64,000 bases of DNA from Chrysomallon squamiferum (Eukaryota; Animalia; Mollusca), in assembly GCA_012295275.1 (NCBI GenBank), contig CM022674.1, forward strand, positions 9,362,001 through 9,426,000, in the 5' to 3' direction. The first letter of the stretch is position 1. Each line of letters opens with the position of its first letter. Shown here in pieces: positions 39,711 through 53,402 of this stretch. A program made the position numbers and the translations under genes. Below the pieces are notes generated by a model. That model saw nothing but the letters and a program-made list of their open reading frames with translations. It did no database searches and was not told the DNA's origin.

Positions 39711-40887
39711 GTCTGTCTGTGTGTGTGTGTGTGTGTTTTATAAACATACACACAGAATCAGTTCCTTTATTAGTATTATTAATTTTTGCTGTTGTTTTTA
39801 TTATTTTCTTTTTTTTTTAGATTTTCTTCTTTTCTTATAATTTTTATATTGTGTAAATTATATATAGTATTTATTTATTTATTGTTACTTTAATTAATCA
39901 TTTTATATTATATTTGTTTTATTTTTATTATATTTTAAATTTCATTCTATTGTTTTCTTTTGTCTTAATTGTTTATTACTTTTTATTTTAGTTCTGCTTG
40001 TCAACGTTATATTTACACAAAATAGTTTCCTACTATTTTGACATAATTATGTTAAAAAATGCAATGTCTGTCTGTCTATTTATCATCTGTCTGTGTGTGT
40101 GTGTGTGTTGCTTCCAATGATTTATACTTATATTTTGTACAGATAATCTCTCACGCGTCAATATGAACAGCTAGCTACTGTTAGGAAACAAAGTATTAGA
40201 ATCTTTCTATTTTAATACAGTTTCATACACCAAAATGTATAATTTGTTTATAATCCTCAATAAACAGGTAGCTTGTATTGATCATGTATTAACGCTCTTC
40301 AGTGAAGATTATTACAGATAGATGGATGACGGATGTATGGATAGATGGATCGCTGGGCATATGAGTCGCTATGTGGATGGAGAGATAGATACGTGAAAGA
40401 AGACGTTATTGTTGAGAACCTATCACCAATTTATGACTGTAAAATATATATGCAACAAAATTTTTAAATTGTTTCTTGCAGATTTTTTCGTCTACACAGC
40501 ACCGCCAGAGTAATGAAGAAAAAATAAAACAACAGAGATAATTTAAAACTAATTTATGTTATATGTTTATATGTAATGTTATGTATATATTAATCAAAAG
40601 AGAAAGCGCTTGTGTTTGTTTGACCTTTACGCGGCTGTAGAATATGTTAACAGAAGTTTTAAACGGTAGTGGGTGTGTTCGAAATTATTTTTGTGTCATT
40701 AAAGAAATGTTCAAGTACTATTTTACTGTAATTAATATAGTGACAACATGTTTACCAAATAACTTTTCTCTCTGAACTTATAGCTCCTTTCCTGTCAAAC
40801 AATAACAGAGTAGCCATGGAATGACGGCAACAAACATTCGTCTTTGTCAGATCAAATCGTAAAACTGTTAGTGATATTTTCACCAAT

Positions 40888-40949
<62 letters not shown>

Positions 40950-41319
40950 TACACTATATAGAAACTAATTAGACATGTGTTGGTAACTTTACCTATTCAA
41001 TGATTACCATTCATAAATATAAATACATGGGTATTCCAGCATCTAAAAACTATAGCATCTAACATTTGAAGCTAATAACACATTTCTTTTATAATATAGT
41101 TTACAGCAGTTCTTTTTTAAAGTTCAAATTTAAATAGAAATGCCAAAACGTTTTTGTCGTAAAAGAACATGTTTAAAATTATGATGTTATTACTTTAATG
41201 AATTATTATTCCTTACCATCAATTCCTTGGTAGTAACTGAACCATGTTTCATTTGTTTCAATTATAAAATGGTTTCCTCTCAAAACCGGCGGAGCATCAG
41301 CGCAGAAATCCTCTGGTTC
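39169..41319 (-). CDS. Unidentified exons (41319-41217 and 39442-39169, possibly others between) of an extracellular-looking protein
   Basis: GC-richer open exons with strong splice sites: EPEDFCADAPPVLRGNHFIIETNETWFSYYQGID and TVKPKNVSSSISEVADMFLYVPTTDAHPGFMDSPTSGHWIGKLNMSAPVYCPSSAWLF...NITATWFAANDGRNFVYF. They contain several NxS/T sequons. Confidence 0.55.
40889..40944. repeat. (AAT)n microsatellite
   Basis: Perfect trinucleotide run. Confidence 0.95.
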
Positions 41320-41965
41320 CTGACTAAAAGATTTAGCGATGAAAAGAATAAAAACTAATATATAAAACATAGTGAACTATCTGTAAGCAGAATCACAACA
41401 CTACCAACGACCAGAGAAAATATTATTCAAGCTATGTGACAGTCTTTTAATCATAATCTTCGTCAACCCTGTCTTAGCGTGACACAGTGGCACGGAAATG
41501 CTGTGTATGAAAAAAGTCATATATCAAAAATGTTAATGTGCCACTCAGTGACTTTATGATTCATTGTGTCGAGCTCTTTTACGTATTTTTAACAACGAGC
41601 GGATGTTTTCTGTCACAAGTAATCAAAGATACAAGAATTACACTTTTGTGTTACTGTTATTGTTATAATTTTTTTTTCTTTTTTTTTTTTTCTAAGAGGT
41701 TTATTTTTCAGCAGCTAAGGAAGATTTTCGAAAATACCTTAAATAGTTGCCTGTATGTTTGACGTTGAAATCACGTGACCAATAATATCAAATTGACTGG
41801 TGAAATGTCAGTTATTTTCATTCTTTTTTATTCATAATAAACAAATATAATGTTTTTGAAAAAGCATATTTCATTTGCCCTACGTCCATTGTTCAAGATT
41901 TTTACACTTCTATAAAATTTAATATTCGTGAAGCAAATGTTAACGTTTGATCAAAATTACAAATA

Positions 41966-42103
41966 CAGTAGTACCTTGACTTACGAGTTTAATTCGTTCC
42001 GCGACCAAGCTCGTATCTCAATTGGCTCGTATATCAAATCAATTTTCCCAACTAAAATTAATTGAAATACCATTAATCCTTTCCAGCCCCCGAAAAACTA
42101 ATC

Positions 42104-42139
<36 letters not shown>

Positions 42140-43012
42140 TACCCTGTGTTTAAATAAGAAAAATGTATTTATAAATGACAAATATTGTATAAAACAAAAT
42201 AAAAGAGAATGTAGAGAAATAAATTTGTTTTGTAAAGTGTTTTTATTTTGGAGATCAGACAATATATTTTAACGCCTTTGGCTGGAGTTACAGCCTTTAT
42301 CGGCTCCTTCAGCTTCAGTATGTTACATGTCGTAGAAGTACTATGGTCGTACTGCTTAGACATGTTGACGACACGCACACTTCACTTATGTTTTTCCATG
42401 AATTCAAGCTTTAATTCAATGGACTTCATCCGCTTCTTCTTCTCCGCACTGTCCTTTGCACTCGCTGTCTTAGGATCCATGGCTAGAAAAAAGAAATTTG
42501 GCAAAATACTGCACAACACACAAGCACAACACAACAGAAATGCTTCTGCGGCGAGATAACCACGTGAAGTAAACGTGGGAAGCTGGCTCGATGTTATGTT
42601 GTTTGTTGCACCAACTAGCGGCAGCATATCTGAAGCTCACTTGCAACTCAAAGCAAAAAATCGACCATTGGGGCACTTGTTAGTCAAGGTACCGCTGTAC
42701 TTACTATATAGTATAGGTGATCACTGAAAGCAAAGTTTGAAATTACTCCAAACATGCTTACTTGTATATTATATATGTGTCATCTTTAACAAATTGTGTA
42801 CAATCAATAAACTGTAATTCAGGAGGGAGGTAACCACGTGAAGTAAACGTAGAATGCTGGCCGGATGTTATGTTGTTGGATGCGTCAACTAGCGGCGGCG
42901 CAGCTGGAGCTCGCTCGTAACTCTGATTTTGGCTCGCAACTGAAAGCAAAAATTAGACAGGGCGACTGCTCATAACTCGAAGTTGGGGCACTGGTAAGTC
43001 GAGGTACCACTG
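41966..43012 (-). mobile_element. pogo/Tigger-derived element, copy 2 (composite, two right ends)
   Basis: TA|CAGTAGTACCTTGACTTAC ... GTAAGTCGAGGTACCACTG|TA. The minus strand encodes a broken CENP-B/psq-type N-terminus (MDPK...KKKRMKSIELKLEFMEKH*..VRVVNMSKQY...STTCNILK). An extra internal TIR ends at about 42697. Confidence 0.85.
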
Positions 43013-44544
43013 TATTTTATTTGTAATGTAATTTATAAATGCACTTTAGTAATAATAACAACAGTAACAACAATAACGATTATACTGATTATGATGAAAA
43101 CTGCCTTTATATATTATGTAAAAGGTGTGTTTTTCTAAATTATAAAATTATTTCATAATGCTGACACAAAAATGTTACTTTGAACAGTTAGAAATTGAAA
43201 CTATTTGTGTGCAACCTAGATGAAAATTAATTAATATTAAAAAACAAATGAAGCACCATTTCATAGACATATTTATCCTGAGGTCAAAAGAGCATAGACA
43301 AAGAAAGTCTATCAAAACGACACTGTCTCACTACATCTGTCAAAGTGTTTAACGATCGAATATTTCACATAACTCTGCTTCATGCAATATCGGAGCATTA
43401 TTTAAATATAAACTTATTAAGGCTATTGCTTAGGGAATATATGAATGTCTACAGGACCTAAATTTGTTTCCATGGCTCAAAATTTGTTACCCACGATTAT
43501 ATAACATTAACTGTACTAATTCAGACAAAATCGTCAGAGGAAACCTTCTATAATTTTGCACTGGAAGCAAGAGCTCTTTCCTACTAACAAGAAAGACATC
43601 ACATACCAGAGTCTGGATGGGACGGAGAAAAAGCCAGTGAGTCTGCTTACCCAAATGACAATTTGTGAAAAATATGATTTTCTTTGTCACGATTTGTCAG
43701 CCCGTCACAGTTTGTCATCTCTGGGTGCTGAAATTTATATTGGTATAGGATTTGTCACCTTCTATTCACCAGCATAAATTCTTTTCCAAATCAGCTATAC
43801 TTCATTTTCTCTCCTCTATCTTTTGTTTCAAAGGTTCTGACATATTACATAGTCTTTTTGATCCATACTATCATATCTTCTTACAAATACACACACATAC
43901 ATACACACACACACAAATGATTTAAAAAGGTGTTTGTTATATATAATACATATACACACAAAGACATACACAAACACATATTATAATTTTAGGTCCGACG
44001 GATAGTTTTAAGCATCCGAGCCAAGCAAAACAGGCGAGCTAATAATATTATATTAAAATAGGTACATAATGTCTTTCTATTCGATCATGCATGATTTATA
44101 TCTTAATATATATTAACAGAAAGAGTCACATTTTAATACAAAGTATATGTAATACGTTCACATTATAGGCCGTTAATTATGGGTTATTAGGTGTCAAAGG
44201 CCAATAAGCGGCATTGGAAATGAAATATCCAGTAAATCCACTAAGGAGGTTCGGTTATACACGACGATATAAAAAATTTATTAAATGCGTTGAATACAAC
44301 ATTTCTTTGTATTCTGTTAAATAAGATAATAAATGCTAGACTATATGTCACCCATGTAGCCTTCGAGTGACGACAAATCGAGACGAAGCGGTGGCTCAAC
44401 GTATCCAGTCCAGTATACTAGCAGTGTGGTAGAGCGTGAAACTGGGAGATTATTATACTCTTTGAACGTAAATGATTAAGCAATGTTTTTGTGTGTCTGT
44501 GAGTTTGTATGTTCTTTATCGTCGTGTAAATGTGGGGTTTTTGT

Positions 44545-44588
<44 letters not shown>

Positions 44589-44754
44589 GCATGAATACTC
44601 AAGTATGACGTCTGCATCACGTCAGAGAAAATAACGATACTGATCAAAACCAACTTTGCCTGGAAGTTGTTTTGTATTATTAATGTGAACAACGTACGAT
44701 TACATTCAGATGTTCGTAATGTTACATTATTAGTTTAATTCTGTATTTATTTTA

Positions 44755-44799
<45 letters not shown>

Positions 44800-45829
44800 T
44801 ATAATTATATATTTTTTTTCCTTTCTTTCTTTGGATAATTTATATTTTGATAATGTCAATAAGTTATGATTCTTTTTTCACAAGATCTATATTATATAAA
44901 TTTCGAGACACGAAAAACATAACAAAAATGATTACATATCATAAACTACATCAACAAAGAAACAACACCAAAACGTAATAGTAATATATGACTCACTTTC
45001 ACGTTCGAAGATAATAATAATAATAATGTTAATGTTGTAATAGTAATATACTACTAAAATTTGTATTACATTTCAAACATTTGTAAATTAAAATCTGTAG
45101 AAAAAATTATTTCTTCAATTACATAAGCTACAAGATAAAGTTCTTATATTTACTGTATTAATATGAAGTTACGACCAGTTAACAAACAAAACTAACCCGA
45201 AATTAATATTAATTTCAAGAGTGACATTTTCATTAATTATTATGTCATATTACAAGACTTTTTCACTAAAATAGACTTCATTATTTATCCCAGTTTTATA
45301 TAATACTAGTTTTTATTTGCTGTTTTCTCATGTAAACTTGATTCTATGTTACTAATTTGAACGAAGTTATTAATATCATGTGATAGTGACCGTGTTTCCT
45401 AATTGAAAATGTTACTTAGTTTATCTGCATTGCCGATTTAACAATTCCATCGTCTGAACTCAGTTGAGATCAGTCATTCTGACTGATATTACGTAATTGG
45501 ATGGACCTGTCGTTTAGATTCAGAATCAAGATGGTGTAACAATGCTAAATAAAATATCGTAATATTGAACCGAAGTCCAACAAATCACACTTCATCATTT
45601 TCTAAATCAATCGTTCTCTTGACACGGTATGAGTAACGGAGTATGGGGGCTTTGATTTATTAGGTCTTTTATAATTTTATATTACTTGTCATATATCAGT
45701 AATTTCTCTTTCTTTTTCAGATACGTCATAATAATATTACATGTTAAATTTCTCACAGTAGTAATATTCTGTGAAATTAATTTACACTTAATGATTAACT
45801 TGTATAAATATATATTCTGTCTATATATT

Positions 45830-46230
45830 TAGATATAACAGTCGAATAAAGTTTATTGTTTATTTATAACAGTGGAGTAGAGTGTATTGCTTTGTTTACA
45901 ATAGCCGAGTAGTGTATTGTTTTAGTTACAACAGTATAATAGCGTGTTTTGTTTTATTTATAACTATGGTCTAGAGTGCGTCGCGTTATTTATAACAGTA
46001 GACTGTGGTATCTTGTTTTATTTATGACAGTGTACTAGAGGATTTCGTTTTTTTTATAACAGTGGACTTGGATGTATTGTTTATTTGTAATAGTGGACTA
46101 GAGTATATTGTTTATTTATAACAGTGGAGTAGAGTGTTGTTTTATTTATAACAGTGGACTAGAGTGTATCGTTTATTTATAACAGTGGACTAAAGAATAG
46201 TGTTTTATTTATAACAGTGGAGTAGAATGT
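45830..46230. repeat. About 33-bp minisatellite (ATAACAGTGGACTAGAGTGTATTGTTTTATTT-like), about 12 diverged copies, resuming at 46970-47012
   Basis: TTTATAACAGTGGA recurs at about 32-34-bp spacing and is interrupted by Tigger copy 3. Confidence 0.85.
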
Positions 46231-46233
46231 ATA

Positions 46234-46968
46234 CAGTGGTACCTCGAATTGCGAGAGCTCCAACTTATGAGTTTTCCGAGTTATGAGCGGTCGCCCGTTG
46301 AGAGCCAAAATCCGAGTTACGAGCGAGCTTCCGATACGCCGCCGCTAGTTGGGGCAACGAACAACACAACATCCAACAAAGCATGCCGCGTCTCACGTTT
46401 GCTTTACGTGGTAACCTCGCCTTGGAAGCCTCTCTGTTGTGTTGTGTTCACGTTTTGTTCAGTATTTTGCCAAATTTCCATGGATCTTAAGAAAGTGAGT
46501 GTGCTAAGGACAGTAAAGAGAAGAAGAAGCGGATGAAGTCCTTTGAATTAGAGCTTGAATTCATAGAAAAACATGAGCGAGGTGTTCGTATAGTCAACAT
46601 GGCTAGGCAGTACGAGCATAGTACTTTTACGATAAGTACAATGCTGAAGCAGAAGGAGTCGATAAAGGCTGTAATTTCAGCCAAAGGCATTAAAAAACAT
46701 GGAAAACACTAACCCTGGACACTTTACAAAACCAAATTATTTCTTTACATTCTCTTTTATTATTATTTTTTTAATACAATATTTGTCATTTATACAAACG
46801 TTTTTTTAATTTAAAAATACGTTACAGAAAAGAAAATTAATGGGGAGTTTTTTTTGGGGGGGGGGCTGGAACGGATTAATGGTATTTCAGTTAATATCAT
46901 TTGGGAAACTTTATTTGATATACGAGCAAACTGAGTTATGAGTTCGGTCGCGGAACGAATTAAACTCG
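46234..46968 (+). mobile_element. pogo/Tigger-derived element, copy 3 (opposite orientation, right end truncated)
   Basis: Starts TA|CAGTGGTACCTCGA. Reverse-complement homolog of 41966-43012, inserted in the minisatellite. Confidence 0.8.
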
Positions 46969-48395
46969 GAATGGAGAGTTTATTGTTTTAATTATAACAG
47001 TCGGATAGAGTATGTTCTTTCATACCGGGCATTGGCTCGACTTTTTCTGATTTCTGAAATATGAAACAAAAATTGGTATGAACAATATGATTAATTTGAT
47101 AATAATAACATCACATTATTAATCAACTGTAAAGCTATATGTTTTTCCATATTGAGAATTGTTAAGCATGTTTTCATGAATCGTTGAACTCCATCTTCTT
47201 TGCAGCGAAGATTATCAGTGAGATTACCAACATAAGGATATTTCCTGTAAAATGTATTCACTCCAATTTTTATAGTCGTCAGCATATGAATCACTTGTAA
47301 TTTATTTGTCGACATGCATGCTAGATGTAAATGGATCCCCCTCCCACGCACATTTTTTAGTATTTCAAAGTAATTATTATTTTCTGCGATTCTTTGCAAC
47401 AGTTTCCTTCTAAAAGCTTCCTTGCCAAATTCAAGCACATGTTATCAAACTGGCTCTGCATCTCATGCAATGGACTCACTTTAAAAATTGGGGAAATAAG
47501 TGGGAAATTAATAAACTCCATCGTTTATGTTACTGTTGTGATGCTTGTAAAGAAGTTTCTAAAGCAAGAGGAATAACTCCAATGAAAATATATTACACAT
47601 GAAATAATGAATGGTTTCCCGATTACTAGGTATATTATATTTATTTAAAAGGTGGTATAATTTATTTTATTTATATAAATTAAGACATATTTTTCCTTTT
47701 TAATTTTATTTTTAAAAAATGTGTCTACAGTATTTTCGATTAACTACATAGTTCTAAATAAGTTTACTATTTCATTTCTCATTTAATTTAGAACTTCAGT
47801 TATGAGTCTAAATTTATTATTAAAAGCGAAAATTAAGAAATGAAATGAATGTAATAAATAATTTTAAAATAATAAATAAAATAATTTAAAAAAAATAATA
47901 AATAAATAAATAAATAGAAACTAAAGTTATAAAATGCAGAAATAATTATCTAGTACAGAACAAAAGTAAAATGTCTGTCTGCAGCAGCAGTAGTTGAAGT
48001 AGTAGAGTAATAGTGGTAGTAGTAGTGGTGGTGTGGTGATAATAATAAAAAATGTCTGCAGTGGTAATAGTCATAGTAACAGAAGCTATCTGATAGAGAT
48101 ATATTTTATTTAATTTTTTTTTTTTTTTTTAGTTTATCATCTTTTATTGTTAATGTTTATCTATTTTATCTACTTCATGTCTTTTATGCTGTCTGGCATG
48201 CAGTCAGTCGTTTTAATTTATCGAAGTAAAGTTAGTTCTGTCCAAAAGGATATATATTATATATATGAAAAATATAGATATTTATATAGTCATATTTCAA
48301 TGCACACACACGTATCAAAGAATAAAATACAAATAATATTCAAATATATATATTTATTGCATATATATGAATGTTATTTGTATTTAATTCTTTGA

Positions 48396-48415
48396 CAGAT
48401 AGATAGATAGATTAC

Positions 48416-48459
<44 letters not shown>

Positions 48460-48540
48460 GTAGGTAGATAGACAGAAAGACATACAGGAAGACAGATAGA
48501 TTAGATAGACAGACAGTTACACAGATAGATTAGATAGATA
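48396..48540. repeat. (GATA)n/(GACA)n microsatellite
   Basis: Tetranucleotide run ending exactly at the duplication junction. Confidence 0.9.
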
Positions 48541-50133
48541 ATTAAAGGTCCAGTCTGGCTTATTGGTTTCCATGGCAATGAGTTACTGAGAGAATTTCGA
48601 AGGATGCACTTCCAAGGAAACCGAATGAAATGGATGTATCCCACAAAATACCATCAAATGAGAAAACGAATTTGGTTTCTGTATAAAAAGTATAATCAGA
48701 AGCGACCACGAGGAATGGGAACATAATTACTATAAAAATTATGTGATAATGTTTACTTCGTAAAATTTAGATTTATAGATTATTATTTCAAACTTTTATG
48801 CTGTTTATAGTGTTAACCATAAATACAAATACAATCTAATTTCTTTTGTAAATAAAATATTTTTGAGTTAAGAGAACTATTTAGATTTTTCAATAAGATG
48901 ATAGTGCTAAAGCAGATAAATGAAAAACAAAAGGGTTTGTATAATGAGATTTATTTTTGTAAACTTTTTAAGTAGAGTATTACTTTTTGTAATTTTTAAT
49001 GCTTATAAGAATCATAAACTTCTTTGTGCTGTGGATGCTACTTTTGATTCAATCTGTAATAAAAATCAGTAGATATTCGGAGATTAAAAAGAGTTCTACT
49101 TTTGTTTTAAGTTATATGTTCTAGATGACTATAGTCTTTGAGATAGCTCACTAAAATAAGGTTAAAAAAAAAATGCTTTGAAAGAAATAAGATAACCGAT
49201 AGTATTGTATTAGTATTTTCATTTTAATATTATTATTTTACCCTTTAAGCCAAACTATTTTTTCAGAAATATATAATAATTAATTAATAATCAAAAGGAA
49301 AATGAAATTACACAAACATTATTTTTTAGTTAGTGAAAATAACAACTTCAGGCAACTACTCTTAGATAAACCAGCTGATTGTGACATTGGACTATGAAAG
49401 AAATGTAAAAATGTCTGTATTAACATACGTTTCAGTGTCAAAAACACATGCCCAGCACAGCGTCTGAGTGTTCTGTTGTGTGAGAGTGTTCTTTGTTGTA
49501 CGTTTCATGTTTTTTGGTGCGTTTTGTGGATGTGGTATATGTAGCATATTGAGATTTTTTCACTGTTGTGTTTGGTTTTGTGTTTGGTTTATTCTGTGTA
49601 TTTAGTGTTATGGTGCAAGCTTGGTGTATGGTGTGTTGTGCTCTGAAGCAGTGTGGTATGTGCTATGCGTGATATGTGTTGCTTTGTATTATGATGAATT
49701 ATGACTGTGAATGTAGTGGGTATAGTGTTTAATGTGTGTGAATTGTGAGCTAAAAGAACACCAAACATGCATTCAGAGGTGGGTTTTTTGACATTTGTGT
49801 GTGGTGGCTGGTATGTATTATCCTTGGTCTGTTTGAGTATTGCTTTTTGTTGAGTGATTATTTCATTGAAGTAATCTTAATGATTTGCAAGTATTTTAAT
49901 ATCTGGAGAAATATGCTAAAATGCTAAAAAAAATTTCATGATTTAACAGTAGATGAACAGTTAAATTATTAGCTTGGTGGTCAGTTGATGTTCAGTAAAG
50001 ACCTGATATGTTTAATAGTGATCGTTTTTGATGACCAGGTATATCAGTGAATATATGTTTAATAAAACAGAAGATTAAAACCATCGGGATTGATCTGAAA
50101 ATGTACAACAATGCAAAACTATGCTTAACTTTG

Positions 50134-50177
<44 letters not shown>

Positions 50178-50766
50178 GGTCTATCGTTCCATATTAAAAT
50201 ATACGAAAGCGTGTAAAATGAAGGAACAAAATTATTTATTATTAGGTCAGATAATTCACAAAATACTTCGATAACGTTCACTCTCTGGAACTAAATAGAG
50301 GACGTTTTCACAGGTGTACTGCCTAAATGGAGAGGTATTCTTGTTAATGAGAACATTCACCAGAGTATTGCTACAATAAATACTAAGTTACATGTTGTGT
50401 ATGTTAAAGTCATAACTCTATGCTTTATTTATTTGCCTCCTTGCAATAATTTTTATTTTAATCCTAAAGACAGTCAAGTTCTTACTGATCAGTTCCCATC
50501 CCATGAATATTATCACCTTGCTAGATTAAGGCACGCAAAGATATCCGATGCAGTAAGAAGACATTTTGGATAAACTATACGTGTGTATGTGTTTGTTGAA
50601 TTTCCAAACATCGGTTAAATCTGTGTTGAATAAGATCCAGATATTAAAGGCTTGAGAGTACACAAATAATGTCGAATTCCCCACCTGGTCGAAATAACTC
50701 GTCTACCAAATATTTGATTACCTCTGTATGTAATAAACTTGGCCTCTTCATGTTCAAACGAGTTTT
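48541..50766 (+). pseudogene. MRPL51: Inverted segmental duplication of 1-2207, including a 5'-truncated MRPL51 last exon and 3'UTR
   Basis: Reverse complement of 2207->1 with high identity. The coding part 48541-48726 reads [26 protein letters not shown]...GMGT* against [12 protein letters not shown] in the parent. No splice acceptor was copied. It probably extends beyond 50766 into sequence left of the window. Confidence 0.9.
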
Positions 50767-51479
50767 GATTATAGACTGACAATGGTTTATTTATCAACGT
50801 ACATAAATCTCATTTCTTTATTCTTCTTCTGCTGCCATTTAGTGAGGAGCGCATTTTTCGTAAATCGGCTATATAAGATCAGCCGAAAGCAGAACAAGCG
50901 CACATCAGTGTGTAGCGTTCACTAAAAAAAAAAAAAAAAAAAAACCTTAATTTTTAGTCGATTAAAAAACACATTTCATTAAATACACATCACAGAGAAA
51001 ATTCTAGATTTGTACAATATTATTATAGCACTGTACTCTCTGTCTTTCACTTCTTTGATTTTTGTTTTGTCTCCCCCATTGGGCCTGTTTGTCTTTTACT
51101 TAAACACGTCGAGGACTTACCTGAAGTCAGCAGAGCATAGCTGACAAAAATTCCTTTTGTCTCGCTAATGATCGTGAATTGTTCGGTGATTTCATTAATT
51201 GGATTACTGTTAACTGATTTAATTAATACATACTGTTAGGAATATTTGTACAAATGAATGCGTAATATATTTACTTACTTAATGATACATACAGGTTAAT
51301 TACGAGAATTGTATTAAAATAAGCAATTTAGGTAAATAGTAAATATATTACCGACATTTTCAAAAACTGTACCTTAATAGTACAACAATTTAAAATGTTA
51401 TACTAAGTAAAAATATAGCCACCAGCGGATTCTACAAGTATGTATTACCTAAATTGCGATCCATGGCTTAATAAATAAG

Positions 51480-53037
51480 TTAGGGCCAATTTCACTAATA
51501 GCAGCACTGTCATACCTAGTAACCTCATCAGTGCCGCTGGTATTGCCTTCACTAATACCAGCAGTGTCACGTCTATTAATACCTCCGGTATCGCTGCTAT
51601 TGCCATTACCACAACCAACACTACCATGTCTACATATACCATCAGTATGGCTACCATTGCCATCAATAATACCAGCCATGTCATGCGTGTTAATACCACC
51701 GGTAAAGCTGCCTTTACCATCACTGCTACTAACACTATCATGTTTATTAGTTTCAATGGTAAGACTCCCATTACCATCACTTCTATCAGCACAACTATGT
51801 CTACTTATAGCACCGATACCATTGACAATACTTCAGTAACTATCATGTGTATTAATAGCACCAAAAAGGCTGCAATTACCATCGATAATACCAACTCCAT
51901 ATTGTGTATTAATATCACCTGTACCGCTCACATTACCACCTCTTCTACCAGCATTATCATGTGTATTAATACCCTCGACACATCTGCCATTACTTTCACT
52001 GCTACCAGCACTACCATGTCTATTAATATCACCGTTTCCGCTGCTATTAGAATCCCAATTAACAGAACTACCATGTATATTAATACCTCTGCACATAACA
52101 TCGCAGAACTACCATGTGTGATAATATCACCGATACCTCTGCAATACCGGTTGTATTAGTCGTCATGGTGAGAGCAGCCAGCTCGGTGCTATACGCAGAA
52201 ATGGTAGTGCTGGTAGTAGTGATGGAAATAACAGGGTACCAGTTCTATTAATTAATAACACACGTGATAGTGGGGATACTAGTGATCGTAATACCAACCT
52301 TACCGATGGTAGTGCTGGTAATAGTAATGATATAGGATACTTACCAGTGGTGTTCGTAGACATCTGATGGTAATAGCAGCGTTACTAGTGTTTTTCAGTA
52401 GTCATGGTAATAACCCACAGATCGGTGGTATTCCTAGCCACAGTAGTACTGGTAGTAGCGATGGTAATGACAGCGGTTAACGGTTGTATTAATACACATC
52501 ACAGTACTGGAAGTAGAGCCTTACCTGAGGTATTAATACACATGATACTGCTGGTAGTACTTATGGTAATAACAGCGTTATTGATGGTTTTTCTACAGAT
52601 GGTAGTAGTGATCAAAATAGTACACTTCCTAATGGTATTAATGCACATGGTGGTGCTGGCAGTAGTTACACTAATGGCAGCCGTAGACATAGACATGGTA
52701 TTTCTGGTAATAGTTATCGTTAGGGCAGATGTATCTGTGGTATTAATACATGACAGTGGTTGTAGTAGTGATTGTAATAGCAGTCTCACCAGTCGTATTA
52801 ATACACATGATAGTGCAGGCAGTAGTGATGGTAATATCAGCGGTATCGGTGGTATTAATACACAAGATTGTACTGGTATTAGTGATGGTAATAGGTGCCT
52901 TATCGGCTCTATTAATAGACATTGTAATCCCGGCAGCAATGAGCATAATGTCAGCCGTATCTGTCGTATTAATACAAATGATGGCGTTGGTAGTAGCGAT
53001 TATAATTGGAGTATTACCAGTGGCATTAGTATACATG
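51480..53037. repeat. Degenerate 57-bp minisatellite in two opposed arms (switch at about 52150)
   Basis: The left arm has units like ATTACCATCACTACTACCAGCACTATCATGTGTATTAATACC. The right arm has the reverse complement, GGTATTAATACACATGATAGTGCTGGTAGTAGTGATGGTAAT. ORFs show 19-aa periodicity in several frames. Confidence 0.85.
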
Positions 53038-53371
53038 AAAATGAAACTACTCATCAGTTTTAAAAAATTATCTTTTTATATACTAGTTTAAATTTCTATG
53101 GAGTTTTTCAGAAATATACACAGGTTGGACACATTTGTGTGAATCAGTGCAATTGATTAATTAACTTAGGCTTACCAAAATTCTTAAAAATACATGTATG
53201 CTGCCTTACTGGTTTGAAAGTATATGAGATATATAGTGTTTATATTGCCATACGACTGAAATGAATCAGTTTGTCCACAGATTGGGACGAAAAAAAAAAG
53301 GGTTAATTTCAATTAAGAATTCATAACTTTTTTCATAACAATGTTGTTGTTTTTTTCTTTCTTTCTTTCTT

Positions 53372-53402
<31 letters not shown>

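Noticed and set aside
51445-53091. Long overlapping ORFs (up to 219 aa) on both strands
   Set aside because: By-products of a stop-poor 57-bp repeat. The peptides change register mid-ORF, indicating frameshifts.
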